Position numbers and translations under genes: made by a program. Of a DNA stretch of 64,000 nucleotides, positions 50,601 through 64,000 are shown one piece after another. The stretch covers positions 20,584,001 to 20,648,000 of the forward strand of contig JBHGNT010000009.1 of the NCBI GenBank assembly GCA_043228905.1, in the 5' to 3' direction. Under the pieces are notes generated by a model. It had not been told where the DNA came from. It searched no databases and was given only the letters and a program-made list of their open reading frames with translations. Numbering within the stretch: the stretch's first letter is position 1; each line of letters starts with the position of its first letter. Source of the DNA: Azolla caroliniana (lineage: Eukaryota; Plantae; Polypodiophyta).

Positions 50601-53600
50601 TCATGTGCATGTTTATCTTGGGCAATAATCAGCAAAACCATATTTTAATGCCCTCATTGCATCATAGAATACATTTAGTTTTCGACTCTATTCATCAAAG
50701 AGGATGTGTGGGTAGAAGTACATGCATAGGAGTGCACAACCACAAAATTATTTAAGAAAACCCATTGATTTCGCCCCAATAATAAACAAAGAGCATGTGA
50801 GGGTATAAGTATATGCATGGGAAGTACTCAATCATAAACTAGTTTTAGAAAACCCATTGACTTTGAATAGATGAAGTGAGACAGGGTAAGAAATAAACCT
50901 GCTGTCCAATGACATAATTGCGGTCAATTCTCCTCAGAGATAACTTGCCTTTTGCTGAACGTACAAGGAGGAAATCTGTGTACTGTACTTTATGATGAAA
51001 GGCTGGAGCTCTAAACATGTTTGTCTCAATGCATGTTTGAGTGTCACCAGGCCTTATATCACCAAGGAAAGGAGAATCCTCCAAAGGCTCTAACGGAACA
51101 GGAATGCCGACTGATGCGCCTCGATCGTTTCGAAGTGTTGCTGCAGTAGAATCAGTAGCAGAGGTTTTCCTATAGTACGTGCATAACCGAGCTCCCATTC
51201 CCACATTATTAAGCAGCAATGGTCTTTCTTCACAGTACCTGAACATGCTCTTTTTAATTTACTACATATAAACAAAAATTTACTGCATTCACATGCATAC
51301 CTAAGTTATGCTTTTCCTAGACTTTGTTCTGCACACACATGCATATATATAAAAACATGTGTAAACATATACATATGCAACATAGATATATAGAATATGT
51401 GTGTTGGCATACAGTTCCCATGCATATATCATATGTAATATAATAGAAAACAATGAAAGAATAAAAGATATATGAACACACTAGAGATGCCCAAAATCAG
51501 CATATGTCGCAGAGAAATCATTAAAATTCTTTTTTGGCATACCTCATGCTTAACTACACTCTATCTCAAATGAATCATTTTATTGTGATGCATGGAACAC
51601 AATCATAAATCCGGTGAATTCATGTTATCCACGATAGAATAAAAACAAAAGATCTAGGTATCCTAAAGATCCATGATAATGGTATTAATGTATGTGCTGG
51701 AATAATTATTAGATGTGGTTTACAAGCATAACATGCATAGCCAATATCTATGGGTTGAGTGGGTGAATGTTTTCCAACCTCTTGCTATGCAAGGCCGCCA
51801 TTCAAAGGTTTTGGCTCATTATGTGCTTGGATGTCAATGGATGCTGAAATTGTACAATGCATGTTCCACTAATAGGTGCAACAGGCAACATACACTATAC
51901 CCACCTTAACTGATACTGTTTTAAGAAAGAGATGCATAATCATTAAAAGTTTTAATGCTATATTCTGGTTGTCACGTGAACACTGCAGGCAACTTTCTTT
52001 TCATAAGGTTCTTTTACGAAATGACCATTTAAACTTTATATAGATTGATGTTATCTGAAATTTAAATCTAAAATTAATGAGACAGCCAAGTTCTGATATT
52101 GAAGTGGAGATTCCCTTTATGATTGCTTTCTTTTTTCTTCTTACGAGTGGCAGTCATAGCCATTAAAATAGAAGAAAAGTATTGTTTACTTTAAGTATCA
52201 CGAGAACCCCTCGTACACAATTCATGCACCGGATTTATGATCGTGTTCCATGCATCACAATAAAATGATGCATTCGAGATAGAGTGTAATTAAGCATGAG
52301 GTATGCCAAAAAAGAATTTTAATGATTTCTCTGCAACATATGCAATGAAATTTCTTTAGTGGCAACTTACTCTGCAATGAACACATGCCCATCTTTTACA
52401 GACAGATCTGACTTTCTTTTAAAGGCTCCTGGGGGTCGAGTTGGCTTAGACTCTCCAGGAAGTCTTTGTGCCTTCGGCCATGGGTGTATCTTGGCCCGGA
52501 CAAGATGAAGAATAGAATTAGGTTTCACTTCCTGTTGAGCAAGAGTAATATTATCCTGCAGCTCCTTTCCGCAGTAAAAGATTTTGGTTTTCTCTGATGT
52601 CCTCAAATCTGAATATCAAAAATGAGAACTTCTGATTCATTCATAAGTATCTATTTGAAAAACCTCACAAATTTTACCTCCAAATTTTCTGGCAGCTTTC
52701 ACCTTCACAGATTCCAAAGAATCAGATGCATCAACAATAAGTCTGCTGCCTTTGCCTCCCATGGTCTTTAATATGACTTTCATAGGTCCTGAGACTGAAA
52801 GTGTCCCTTGTTCTTTTGCAGCAACTTCATTATGATGAGGATACCAAACTGCCTTTGGCCTATGAAAATTTGCGAGATCTTTACTGCAATAAGGATCACA
52901 TGAAAACAAAATAATGAGTTAACGTTGCAACAAAAAACATTTTAAATGATGCATATAAAGAGGGTAGAAACCAAAAGTGCATACTTTGTCAGCTTTGGTT
53001 TCATGGTCTGTAATTTAATTGAAGGGGTTGAATGGAGGACTTTGATCCCATGTGTCGTTCGTTTCTTGAAGTTTGATTTCTGCTGTTGTTGATTTTTCTT
53101 GTTCATATAATATTTATCATTTGAAATATTGAAGCGTGCTAATGAAGACAACCCCAGATGATGTATTTCTCCATTCTCGGTGCCATGATTCCGCAACTTC
53201 GGTGTAATCATCATTGCTGCTGCATGAGAATGATGTACATCCTTACCCTCCAATACTTCAAATACCATTTGATCATCCTGTAAATTGAAAATCACTTTTG
53301 ATCTGTGAAGCTTTGCAGCTGACACATTTTCTTCATCCCAAAGAATATTGTCAAGCCAATTTCCAGATTGTATTTCAGAAGACTGTAAATTCAAACTTTT
53401 AAAATAGCTTGATATTTTTGCAATCTTGTCAGGCTGTGTTTTCTGTCTTGCAACATCACCAACATTCTTTGGTGAATGTGCTTCTAGCCTTAATAACTGT
53501 GGATGTTTTGCTTCAGGGAAATGTTTGATTTCTGCCTTTCCTTGGCAAAGGGGCTCAAGTACAATGGATCTGGAAGATTGCCACATCATGTTGCTTTTTG

Positions 53601-56600
53601 CAATATCATGATTGGGAGACTCCACTGTTGTTTGCCAAAATTCATCTCTTTCTTTCATGCATAGGGCATCTTCCTTTCTCGTGTTCAGGCCAACTTCCTC
53701 ATTGGATCCTGATCTGTCCATAGCATTGTCAACATGATCTTCTCTTACCTTTTGGCAATAACCTTCATCCCAAATAATACCTGTCTCCCAATCTTCCTGA
53801 TGAACCAATTGAAGATTGGACGAGGGGACATGTATAGATTCCAAAATCATGCGCCAGTCATCTGCATCCTCTTTCATGGGCTGTGCACTTTTGAATGCAC
53901 AAGACTTTGGTTTCAAGAACATCGATTCCTCCAACGAATCCCCTGAACCCTCATCACTCTCAGCTTCTTCAGAATCAGAAACACGATTTAATGCATCATT
54001 TATCCTTGTGGAACAACATTTCAGCAATAGTGATTCATCTTCCTCCAGTGACTCATAATGAATGGATTGGGGCTTCTCTGGATACAATAAAGTGAAATTG
54101 GCTGTAAGCTCGAAAATCCTGCAGAGAAATAGTGCTGCATTCCATATAATCCAAACAAATAATCTAATGTAGACTTCCTAATCCAATCTTTAAACACCAA
54201 ACTTCAAATTTCTAATTTGATTGACTGTTCACCGTGTGAATCATTATGGTTCTTTGCTAAAAGTAACCACTTCAACCCAACCAAACCTGCTGTTGCAGCC
54301 TATAATATAAGGGAATACTTCATATGTTCTTGGTTTTTAGCAAGGTAAGCATTCTAGAGTCTGTTCTTGATCAATCATAAATGACTATATCTAACCATGA
54401 TTTAGATATTGCCTAGGGCAGTCATTCAAAGTAAAGAAATATTAAAGTGAACCAATTTAGATATAAGCAAAGTTTGTCACCACAGACACACACATACATA
54501 TAAAAACATATGTATATACATTTAATATGCATGTGTGTGGGAATAGGAAGCTTGATTATATAAAGTACTGTTCCAAGAACGAGTATTGCTTTGTAGGTGC
54601 TTGCTTGGAGTCAGGATTCTACCGATAGGACTGTCACTACAATCTCGTAAGATTACCCCCGCCACTTGTGGGGCATGTGCACATATCGACATATCCATCC
54701 TTCATCTGCTATGAACTTGTCCATAAACATCTACCTTATTACAGCAAATCACTCATTACCCCCGATTAGGATTCCCATCTCATAAATCTGGAATGTTTTT
54801 TTTGCATACCTCGGGCTCTTCAGCAACCATCCATTTTCTATCCATGGATACAATTTTGGGCTGTGGACAGTGACCTATTTCTAACACATATAGGACTTTC
54901 CAGCTTAAATTGAGACAACCTTTACATTCTAGCTATATTTCAGAAGTTACAGGAGCATATATGTGTACTCTTCTTTGTCGAAGCTCCAAAAATATCTATG
55001 ACGCAAAAAACATTTACATGACGATGTGAGCTAATAATGTCTGATAGATCAAATCCTTTAAAATGATAGCATAATGGCATTCGAGTAAAGGTTTTGATCA
55101 TATGTATTCTTTTAAATTGTATAACATAAATAAGGATCAGACTAGTTACGCCGTTTTTTTCAACTCACCTCTAAAAACTAGGCGCTTATGATACTTCTTG
55201 TCCTTCTTGTAACCCCAGGGAAGCTCATGCTGACCAAAGAGCTCAGAAAACCTCAGCACTTCTTTACCATCTTCCTCATACAGGACAGGCAAATCATGCT
55301 TCAAGGGAATATTTAGAAACGTATCATCCTGTATAACCAAAATAAATGCTAGGATCATAGTTTTTAATGACAGTATTACAATGTCCCAAAACAAACAATC
55401 AGAAATGCTGTCACAAAAATAAAGTCTAAGTAAGAGCATGTTTTTTAATGAAAGTACTAAAATGTCCTATAAGTACTAAAAGGATGATCGCTTTCACAAA
55501 ATCCTTATTAGGGTTTTCCCAACATATTAGAGTTCAATGTAACATAACTACAATGGGAGCTGCCAACTATTGTACACACTGCCCACTCCAATTCATGTCT
55601 CAGATCTCAATTGCTATCTAACTAGAAGATATTAACAGGTCACATTTGTTAAGTATGTGCTTGTAGAGCTTGCTACCTTTTAATAAGATAAAGAGAATTC
55701 CCAATGCAGACAGATGAACCTATGCATTGTTAACCATGAGATTGTTTCGAAAAAATAACAAGGAATTACCTTAGATATAACATGATTAATTTCTTCCACC
55801 AAAGTAGCCCCGTGATCTATGATGTCACTACTCAAGTCCTTAGGTTCCTGAGGCAAAGTCAAGATTCCTACAAAGAAGAAAATTGATTTCCATCAATCCA
55901 CCAATCTGGATTGATAACCAAGAGCAATAGTCAACTAGTTCCAGATAGTGCACCACCTTCATCTGGCACCTCTGCTGCATTCTCTCCTGGATGCTCAGCA
56001 AGTTCTTCAGAGTCCTTAAGATCTTCAGCCGGATGACCTCCCTCTTTGTCGTAGTCATCTTCTTCATCATAGTCTTCATCCTCTCCAAGGGGTACTGACG
56101 TTCTTTCCAAAGCGGCCTGAGCGTAGAATGTTTGATCTTGAGATATTGCATCTTCATCTTGTGGCTGCAATTGTACCTCTGGACCCTCATATTTTTCTTG
56201 AATATCTTCATAATCAACTGCATTATCAGCTTTTCTGTCATAATCTACAGACAGAAACAACTTTTTAGTTAAGCTTCACTCTGGACACATGTCTAAATCT
56301 TTATGAGGGATTAAATACTTATTATACCACAGAATATCTTGTTTCATACTAGTAAATGTAAAAAATAATACTAAAAGTATAATCTTGCTCTTGATTATGC
56401 AACTTGATAGTACTTTTTTCAAAAGGTCAAATTATGAGCTCCACATAAAGACATTCATTAGTGCATTTATGCATGTATCGGTTTGTATTTTGTTTCTATC
56501 TCTCTCTAGATATACATATACATATACATATACATATATATGCTTGTGTTGTGAGTGCATAGAGAAGGCACACAGTCATGTATATGATTTTACAAGTGAT

Positions 56601-59539
56601 TCTTACCTTCTTGCTCCTCACTAGCATCTGCAAGAGTGCCAGATTCCTGTCATAAACAATGAGAAACTTGATCCAGTCATTCAACAATCTGCAAGGACAT
56701 ATATATATATACATTCAAGATTGCATACCTTAATGTCCACCAAGGATTCCCTCAGCTGTCCGGCTAATGCAGAGAGGTGTTCCTTGACATCCTATTCACA
56801 GGAAGCAAGTGAGAACCATATTTCAACATTACATAAACCTATATAAATTATTTTATCATAAGAACTAATTTTCTTACTTGGAAATATTAATAGATCCCAA
56901 TTTATAATAAGCCATTTTAACAAGTAATCCTTACAAATATTGAGCATAATTTACAACAGAGCAGAAAATCTGTATAACCTCTACTAGAGCTGAAAAATCA
57001 GACTGAGAAAAACCATGATCTCAAATATGGCCAAAATTTAAGAGAGGAAGGAAATAAAATGATATAAGGACGGACATATTCCAGAGGCCAAAATGATCGA
57101 TGTGACTAAAAAATTTAGATTCAAGTGAGACCTGATACAATGTCTCATCAATCACAACTGAAATGCTATATTAATTAACACCTTCAAATGCCAAAATGAC
57201 CTAGGAGGCCAAAGAAATTACCCTGATTTATAGAATGATAAACAAAATTAAGATATTGTCAACAACCCTAGACTCAAATACAATGTGTATTGTTATCTCA
57301 ACTTATACATTATGGTAGGCTAGGATTTTTTCCCTTATACAATACAGGAATTTAGCTAGATTGATTAGCAGGCTCAGATTTTTTCTCTTATACAATATGG
57401 TCGATCCAATCATATCGTGCATTTTTTACTGCAGTCATGATATCTCAAAGATGGATGAAAAATAGACAAAGATGTTGCATTATCATCTCAAATACAAGGT
57501 ATCAATGACCTATGAGACCTAATAATTTGGCAGTTTGACTATACATATGCCAGCTCATCCATATGAGAGAGCAATTTCATTGACATATGTGGGTTGGTTT
57601 TATTGCTTGACGAAAACTTTCAACGATAAAGAGACATGAGTCTTAACAAAAATAAGTGCTGAATTTTGTTGCAGTTCTTAGAGATGATGTTGATCTTTGA
57701 AGAAGGGAGAGAAAAACTATCCCCATATTGTGAATGCCTTACAGTTTGAGAGAAGAACCTTATCTTCACATCATGATAGAATTGCAACCCTTATAAGGTT
57801 AAGATAATTCAGATGTAGTAATCAGGTGCTTAAGAAAATATTCTCTAGTGCGATATCGACACTGAAGCAAAAGGTTGATCAATACATTATGATGTCATGC
57901 AAAGTGTTGGTGAAGAAGAAGTTTACATTCAGGTAGGATTTCTTGTGCAATATGCACTTTAACATGACATTATGCTTCAAAAAGCTGCATTTCATGTGAA
58001 TTAGCTTCTGAGTCTTTCAAATGTAATGCACTAAGTATGGAAAATTTGTTCGTAAAACTTCTCCTTTTGATCCAAATCTAAAGTTAAGATTAAAATTGCA
58101 TTCAATACAATAAATATATATAACCCGTGCAGACAAAATCTTCCTTCTATTGGTGTAAATATGAGTAGGGATCCAAAATTTCAGAAACAAGGATATGTCT
58201 CGAAAACCTTTACAGATTGAGTTCAGTCATCTGTCTAGCTACCATACAGCCCTCAGCTCCAGAATCCATAAAACTTGCAAACTCATTACAAAATTATAGT
58301 ATGCATGGATTCTCTTTACTGAAGGCACGCATATCGTTCTTTGTTAAGCATTGTCCTATGATACATTTTCTATTGAACCTTAACATTTTCATAAAAAAAT
58401 AATGTGTGCTCTGTAGAAAAATTTAATATGGGCAGGAATCAGAGTTTTTTATTTAATATGTTTGTTTAAAACAAAAAACCGGTAAAGATCCCTGAAACCT
58501 TAAGAAAAAAATTATATATTGATTTGGCTTCTATATAAGCCCTCACAAACTGACTAAAAAAACGATACGAGAAGTATTCAAAATTACTCAAGCAAACTCA
58601 GATTTCTGTTCATTGGTCCAAATATTGTGTTCTAGTGAGCCTAGCCTTCTGATTCCAATATTATCCTCTAGTTCTCATGTTATTATACGACCAAATTTGT
58701 GGGATTATTTCCAGAGGGTTCAAGTATTATGATCTATTGAGCCCTAACCTTGTGATAAAACCCATTGTTATTTATAGTTCATTGAGTCCTGACCTTCTGA
58801 GTGCCACCCGATATTGTGATCACTTCAGACATATCCCTCCCTGTTATTGTTCTTTACTTCTCAAGACAGCCTGATAATTTCTCTATCGGGGCCCTAGACT
58901 TCTGAAATATAACCCAATAATGTTCTCTATCAAGCCCTAAACTTCTGAACATAAACCAATAATGTTCTCTACCGGCCCCTAGCCTTTTAAATACAATACA
59001 ATAGTGTCCTCTAATGAACTCTAGCCTTCTCAATACAAACCAATATGGTTCTTTATGGAGCCCTAACCTTAAAATGGAGACCCAGTATCAGTACTCTATT
59101 GACACCTTGCCTTCTTAATACAACCCAATAGTGTGCTTTTTACTGTGTCTGAGTTTTCTTTCATTCTCAGATACAGCCCAAATTCAATGTGAGGCATCAA
59201 ATAGAAGGCCTCAAGGCTCAAATATTTATATGTTCATATTGGAGAGACCAAAAAAAAATTTGGCAGACACAGAAAAAGAGAAATATATATCGACATCTTT
59301 TAAGAGGCCTACCTGAAGGAAAATGAAGACGTCCTATCAAAAAATGAAATCAAAAGAGGAAAAAAAATACAACAAAATCTAGAACAGAGAGATAGAGGCA
59401 GAAAGACCTGATCGAGATACTCCTCGTCCAGGTCTCCAGAAACGTCCACATTCCCGAACAAGAAGCCAAGCATGGGACCAGTCCTCTCCTCGTCTTCATC
59501 TTCATCTTCATCACCAGAGTGTCTGTTATAATCACCCAT
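44617..59539 (-). CDS. TAF1: TFIID subunit 1 (TAF1/HAF), 20 exons, ~2121 aa: 59539-59408, 56791-56729, 56646-56607, 56244-55957, 55867-55770, 55328-55169, 54077-52985, 52883-52678, 52608-52371, 51238-50899, 50226-50017, 49630-49538, 49453-49247, 49170-48964, 48837-48360, 48242-48031, 47949-47830, 47143-47078, 46991-45297, 45036-44617
   Basis: N-terminal MLGFLFGNVD...DVKEHL, AVDYEDI and FNISNDKYY. Plant-type ubiquitin-like insert, then the DUF3591 core (EYCEERPLLL, ITPWNL, GDPSGRGLGFSY). Zinc knuckle CGACGRMGHMRTNKKVCP and one C-terminal bromodomain. All exon phases join in frame. Confidence 0.95.
51500..52343. repeat. 117-bp inverted repeat in TAF1 intron 9 (arms 51500-51616 and 52227-52343)
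   Basis: Arms are reverse complements with about five mismatches; spacer 610 bp. Confidence 0.9.
58620..59131. repeat. Degenerate ~42-bp minisatellite in TAF1 intron 1
   Basis: TTCTCTA...GCCCTA.CCTTCT...CCAATA units at 58879, 58923, 58965, 59007, 59049 and 59092, with more eroded copies upstream. Confidence 0.75.
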
Positions 59540-60008
59540 GGTTCGGATCTACAGAGCGACCATAACTCGCTCAATGGAATGGTTTCCTGTTTTTTTTGTG
59601 TGGGTTCCAGAAACCGTACAAAACCCCCGATTCTATGTACATGCCTCTTGCTCTCCTTACCTATTCCTGTTCTTATACCTATTTCTCTCTCTCTCTCTCT
59701 GTCTGTCTGTTTCCGCTGTTCTTATTCACTGTTTTTTCTGCAAGAATCTGCGAGCTTTAATGGATTTTCTGTGCAGAAACCGCGAGGATTTTTGTTGGGT
59801 TTTCACTAGATTTGCCTTCTGAGTTCTCCTCGCGGACGCCGAGAAGCCGCTCTTCACCAAAGACTACTGAAGAAAGATGTATTCTTCTGTATTCTATATA
59901 TACACACAGACACGTACGATTATACATATATATATATATACGTATTTACATTTATGTACATACGTGTATTTCTATTCTTATTTATACTCGTATTTCTACT
60001 TTTATTTA

Positions 60009-61017
60009 GGGAAAAGTACCAGGATACCCCTAGAAGTTCGTCTATTTACCAGAATGCCCTTGGAAGTTCCAAATTTACCAAACTCTACCCCTATGTCCAA
60101 AAAAATACACTTTATAAAGTAATTTATACACTCAAATCTACAAGCCCTATTTACCAAAATACCCTTCGAAGCCATTTCTGAGAGACATCTGAATCAAGCA
60201 ACAAATCAATCAGTCGCCATCCCGGCAGGTTGCACTGGCAATGATAATTCACTACTGCCATAACCTGCAAATCCGAGGTCACAGTAATCGCCTTAATCCT
60301 CTATGGCCTTAGCTTGATTCGATGTTTGCAATTCCTTTCCTTGCTTGTCATTCGGGGGACTTGATCTGTCTTCGTGCTACAGATTTTCATAAATCAATCG
60401 TTGATCGAACTCAGTAACCTAGAATTCGATCATCTGAAGACGGCCCCAACCCAAGCACAGGTATTCGGCAAGGCTCAAAATTGGATCATATCCTTTTGTA
60501 ACTTAGGTATGTAGGGGCTTGAGGGTGTAGCATTTTTTAGGGTTTTAGATGGTTAGCTTTCGGATCCATGGTGGTTTGGGCCCAAGAATTAGGAGTTGTG
60601 GTTTTTAACTACATAAACTATACAAAGGAGGATTAGCTTAATCGAATGGGGGCTTTTTCTTTACCGGTTTTCAGTGCAAGCCCTAATTCTGTGGTGGCTA
60701 TCGCCAACAAGGTGTCACTGTGATTAGATGTAGCTGCATCAGAGGTGTTGAATTCATACAAGAGGGGGGGAATCACCACCAATCAATCAAAACCATCTAC
60801 CATTGCCTTCCCTCCACCAAAGTCATTCTATGAGAGACATCAACCATCGAATTTTGTGTTTGAAGGGTATTCTAGTAAATAGGGATTGTAGATTTGAGTG
60901 TATAATTACTTTATAAAGTGTATTTTTTGGGACATAGGGGTAGTTTGGTAAATTTGGAACTTCCAGGGGCATTCTTGTAAATAGATGAACTTCCAGGGGT
61001 ATCTTGGTACTTTTACC
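60009..61017. mobile_element. Non-autonomous Mutator-like element (1009 bp)
   Basis: ~160-bp TIRs (GGGAAAAGTACCAGGATACCCC... / ...GGGGTATCTTGGTACTTTTACC). Perfect 9-bp TSD TTTTATTTA (60000-60008 and 61018-61026). Confidence 0.93.
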
Positions 61018-64000
61018 TTTTATTTATCTATTTATTTCCATTTTCTTTCATTCTTTTTTGTCTGTAAAATACTTGTAGCTTAAATCTCTATTTTATACAT
61101 GTATTTATATGTATTACATTTGTATTTGTATTGTTATGGATAGTTGTATTTATGTCTCTACATATCCATGCCTATATTTTTTATATGTATTCACTCGTAT
61201 TTGTATTTTCATATGAATATTTCTAGTTGATTTTGTACTTATTTTTAGATGTATTTATATTATACCAATGTCTTTCCATAGACCTTCTTTTCTTCTCTAT
61301 TTGTGTGCTTCTGAATCTTTTCCTTTTCGATTTATAGGCAGTTTGTTTACCATCACATTTTGAAATGCATTTTCCTTGTCTTTGTCTTCTAGGTAGCCTC
61401 TTTAGTATCATTCCATTCTTCCCCATGATGTGTGAGAACTTGATTTTAACAACATATGCCTAGATTGAGATGTGTAGTTAAGATTAAGATGTCGATCACT
61501 GATCAAGTATTGCGAGCATTTATGGGGGTGATGGTTATGTGAAATGAGTAAGAACTAGTACGCTAGGTAGATCAAGTCCATATCAATAACGTAAGCATTA
61601 GTGTTTTTGGTAGAACCGATGGAACAGATAATGCAATTTCACGAATCCAAGGTAGTGATTACATAATATGTATTGGGAGTTGGCCTTTGGTATTGCCGAC
61701 GTGATGGTATTTCTTTCCTCTCTTAAAGGAGGTACTCGTAGGTCGTCATGTGTGGCAATCGTGGGTGCAAGACTAATGCATGACTTTGTGCATGGGAAAT
61801 TATAAACCGTTGTTGACTATTGCATAAAACATCGCAAACAATTAAACGAGGGTTGTCTTTACAAATTAAGTGATAGCTATTGTGTTAGGAGTACATTTGT
61901 AGCTTGTTTCCAGCAACATTTATGGATTTCTCCCCGCTAATTGGGGGCTACAATTAATTGTCCACACAAGTGGTAACTTGGGGTGGATCATTGATGGAGA
62001 AGAATGTTGCCCTTGCTTCAGATATTTTCACCATTGGTGCGTGTGTAATGCGACAAGGAAAGGAATGATGTTTGTACATTTTGTTAATATTTTTTATCTC
62101 ATGCTCATTTGATTGATTCACGCCGGTATTACAAAGCCATCATAATATTAGGAACCATAAGATATGCATGGCTTTGTAAACATAACTAGACGCAATAAAT
62201 TTACTATAATGATAGTTGATAACAATTTTTAGTTCCTACAATGAAAGAGTTAGAATGGGCTATCACATGACATGCTTAATATAGAGAAGATGAAGAAGAT
62301 GGAAGAGACGCACTAGATGACATGATAGTAGAAATCAGAGGTGATGAGAATCAAGGGATGCAAACATACATATGAGAACTAAGATTTGGTATATATGGAC
62401 ATTGTAAACTAGAATTAAACATTACCTTTATTTTGTTCCTCATTGACTCCATCACTAACCTCGATATCACACTGAAGGCATGCCTTGAATGACACATTTC
62501 AATCTTCCTCAACATTAATCCAACAAAACTTTCACACTAGCACAACAATACACAAAAATTACATCAAATGAACAATGATATTCAAGGATTCTCATATGCA
62601 AATGGAAGCTTGAAATCATTTTCGAATATGAATACAAATTAAAACCTCATAATTCAATCTCAATTTGTTGTCGTTAAAGGAAGACAAAGTATCCATGCTA
62701 CCATATATTGAGAATGTTGATGTATAAGCATGTAGTTCGGTTTTCATATTTGATCATTCCCATAAAAAGGAAGACCATGTTTTGGCAATATTCAAATATG
62801 ATCAATTTTCTTTACGAGCATCTATTCATACAAATAACAAAGGTACTTTACACATACACGAGCACACACATATGACAATGGGAAACACATTGAAATATGA
62901 TTGAGACTAATGATAGTTTTTTGTCGGGGATTCATGATATTTCTAATAGTTTACACCATCAATGGGAATGAACAAACAAACAAAATTGGATTAATAAATA
63001 AAAATAGAATCCTTTGCTTACCTTGACCTTGTGGGTGAGAACAAAGATGGAGGTGAAAAATTTGTGAAAGGAATGGAGTAGAAGGAAAAAATTTCCCTTC
63101 CCTAAAACAACATTCTTGAAGAGAAGAGCATAATAGCACAAAACAAGAAAGAAGATAGTGGACATTGGATCATGGATACAACTCTTGTTTCTTTTTATTT
63201 ATGATTTTAATTGTTCATTATTTTCATGTATATTTGGGAGTGTGGCTCTCAACAACATTCTTGACAAGATCGTGAACTGAACAAAAAAGAAATGCCAATG
63301 GATCAAGAGGAAGTGGATATTTGCAAGCATCAATGATCATCCTTAAAATATCTAACACTAATGCTTCAAACATTGGAAACTTGAGCTTACACATGCTTGC
63401 AACATAGGTTCAAATCTCGAGTATTTGGTTTTGCGTTGCATTGGTCACGACACTCCTCATGCAAAGTTTAGTGTGATTCATCCTAAAATGACGGCAATTC
63501 AAAGATTGCTTTGAAGAAGAACCAATTCATAGAAGTAGACTCTATTTTTGTGAATATGAAATCACCTTGCACGTATATCTGTCGAGAGGATTGATTTCTG
63601 AGGTGGGGACCATAACCAACAGAGAATGCTCAAAGCAAGTCAAACACACAAACATTGACTCCAATATTTGAAATCTTGGCATCTTAATCAATGTCTAATT
63701 GAGAGAAACAATAAAATGTGATTACCGAGCATAAAATGGCATTTGATATGATTCTCTAGCGATTTTCACTAGCTTCTTCTATTTTAAAAATCAAGTGTCA
63801 AGAATCAGAGTATCTGAACGAGAGAAACACGCGCTTGAAAGTAGTGAGGTAGGCGATTATCGAGCACAAACAAGCACGTTCAATACGACTTTCTATCCGG
63901 TGCCATGTCTAATATGAAATAAGCATGGCATTTTTAGAATGATGTGATTATATATGCATTTTACATGTAGAAAGAGAAACGATGATGAACCATCCTCCAG

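Noticed and set aside
54078-54118. Upstream acceptor TCTCTGCAG for TAF1 exon 7
   Set aside because: It puts the exon out of frame; the acceptor at 54078 keeps the frame.
61100-64000. Short ORFs and a faint Copia RT-like phrase near 63450-63600
   Set aside because: No convincing motif, repeat or boundary; treated as intergenic.

Overview
Land-plant genomic DNA; the TE lineages and the divergent TAF1 suggest a non-model, possibly seed-free plant (inference only). (1) 1-10941 is the right part of a large DNA transposon. It carries an apparently intact 3-exon DDD transposase (Sola2-like motifs DFAENY / SDGAASQFK / GHGKGEHDG) and a convergent spliced accessory gene (coiled coil + RING-H2 + acidic tail). 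Between them is a decayed fragment resembling host Urb2/Npa2. Its non-coding DNA holds three tandem arrays sharing the AGTACT motif found at the element terminus. (2) 10942-39208 is a nest of LTR retrotransposons. It contains a degenerate non-chromovirus Ty3/Gypsy with a -1 frameshift pseudoknot supported by a compensatory base change, a young Tnt1-like Copia inside its integrase, and a decayed ~3.5 kb extra ORF. That ORF is interrupted by a very young, single-ORF chromovirus with TG...TA LTRs and five hairpins in its leader. Two older Copia remnants follow. (3) 42593-61017 holds a 20-exon TAF1 gene (minus strand, ~2121 aa, one GC-AG intron). It is flanked by a hAT-type MITE downstream and a Mutator-like element in its promoter. 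Exon and repeat boundaries were read by eye, and family assignments come from motif recall, not from searches.
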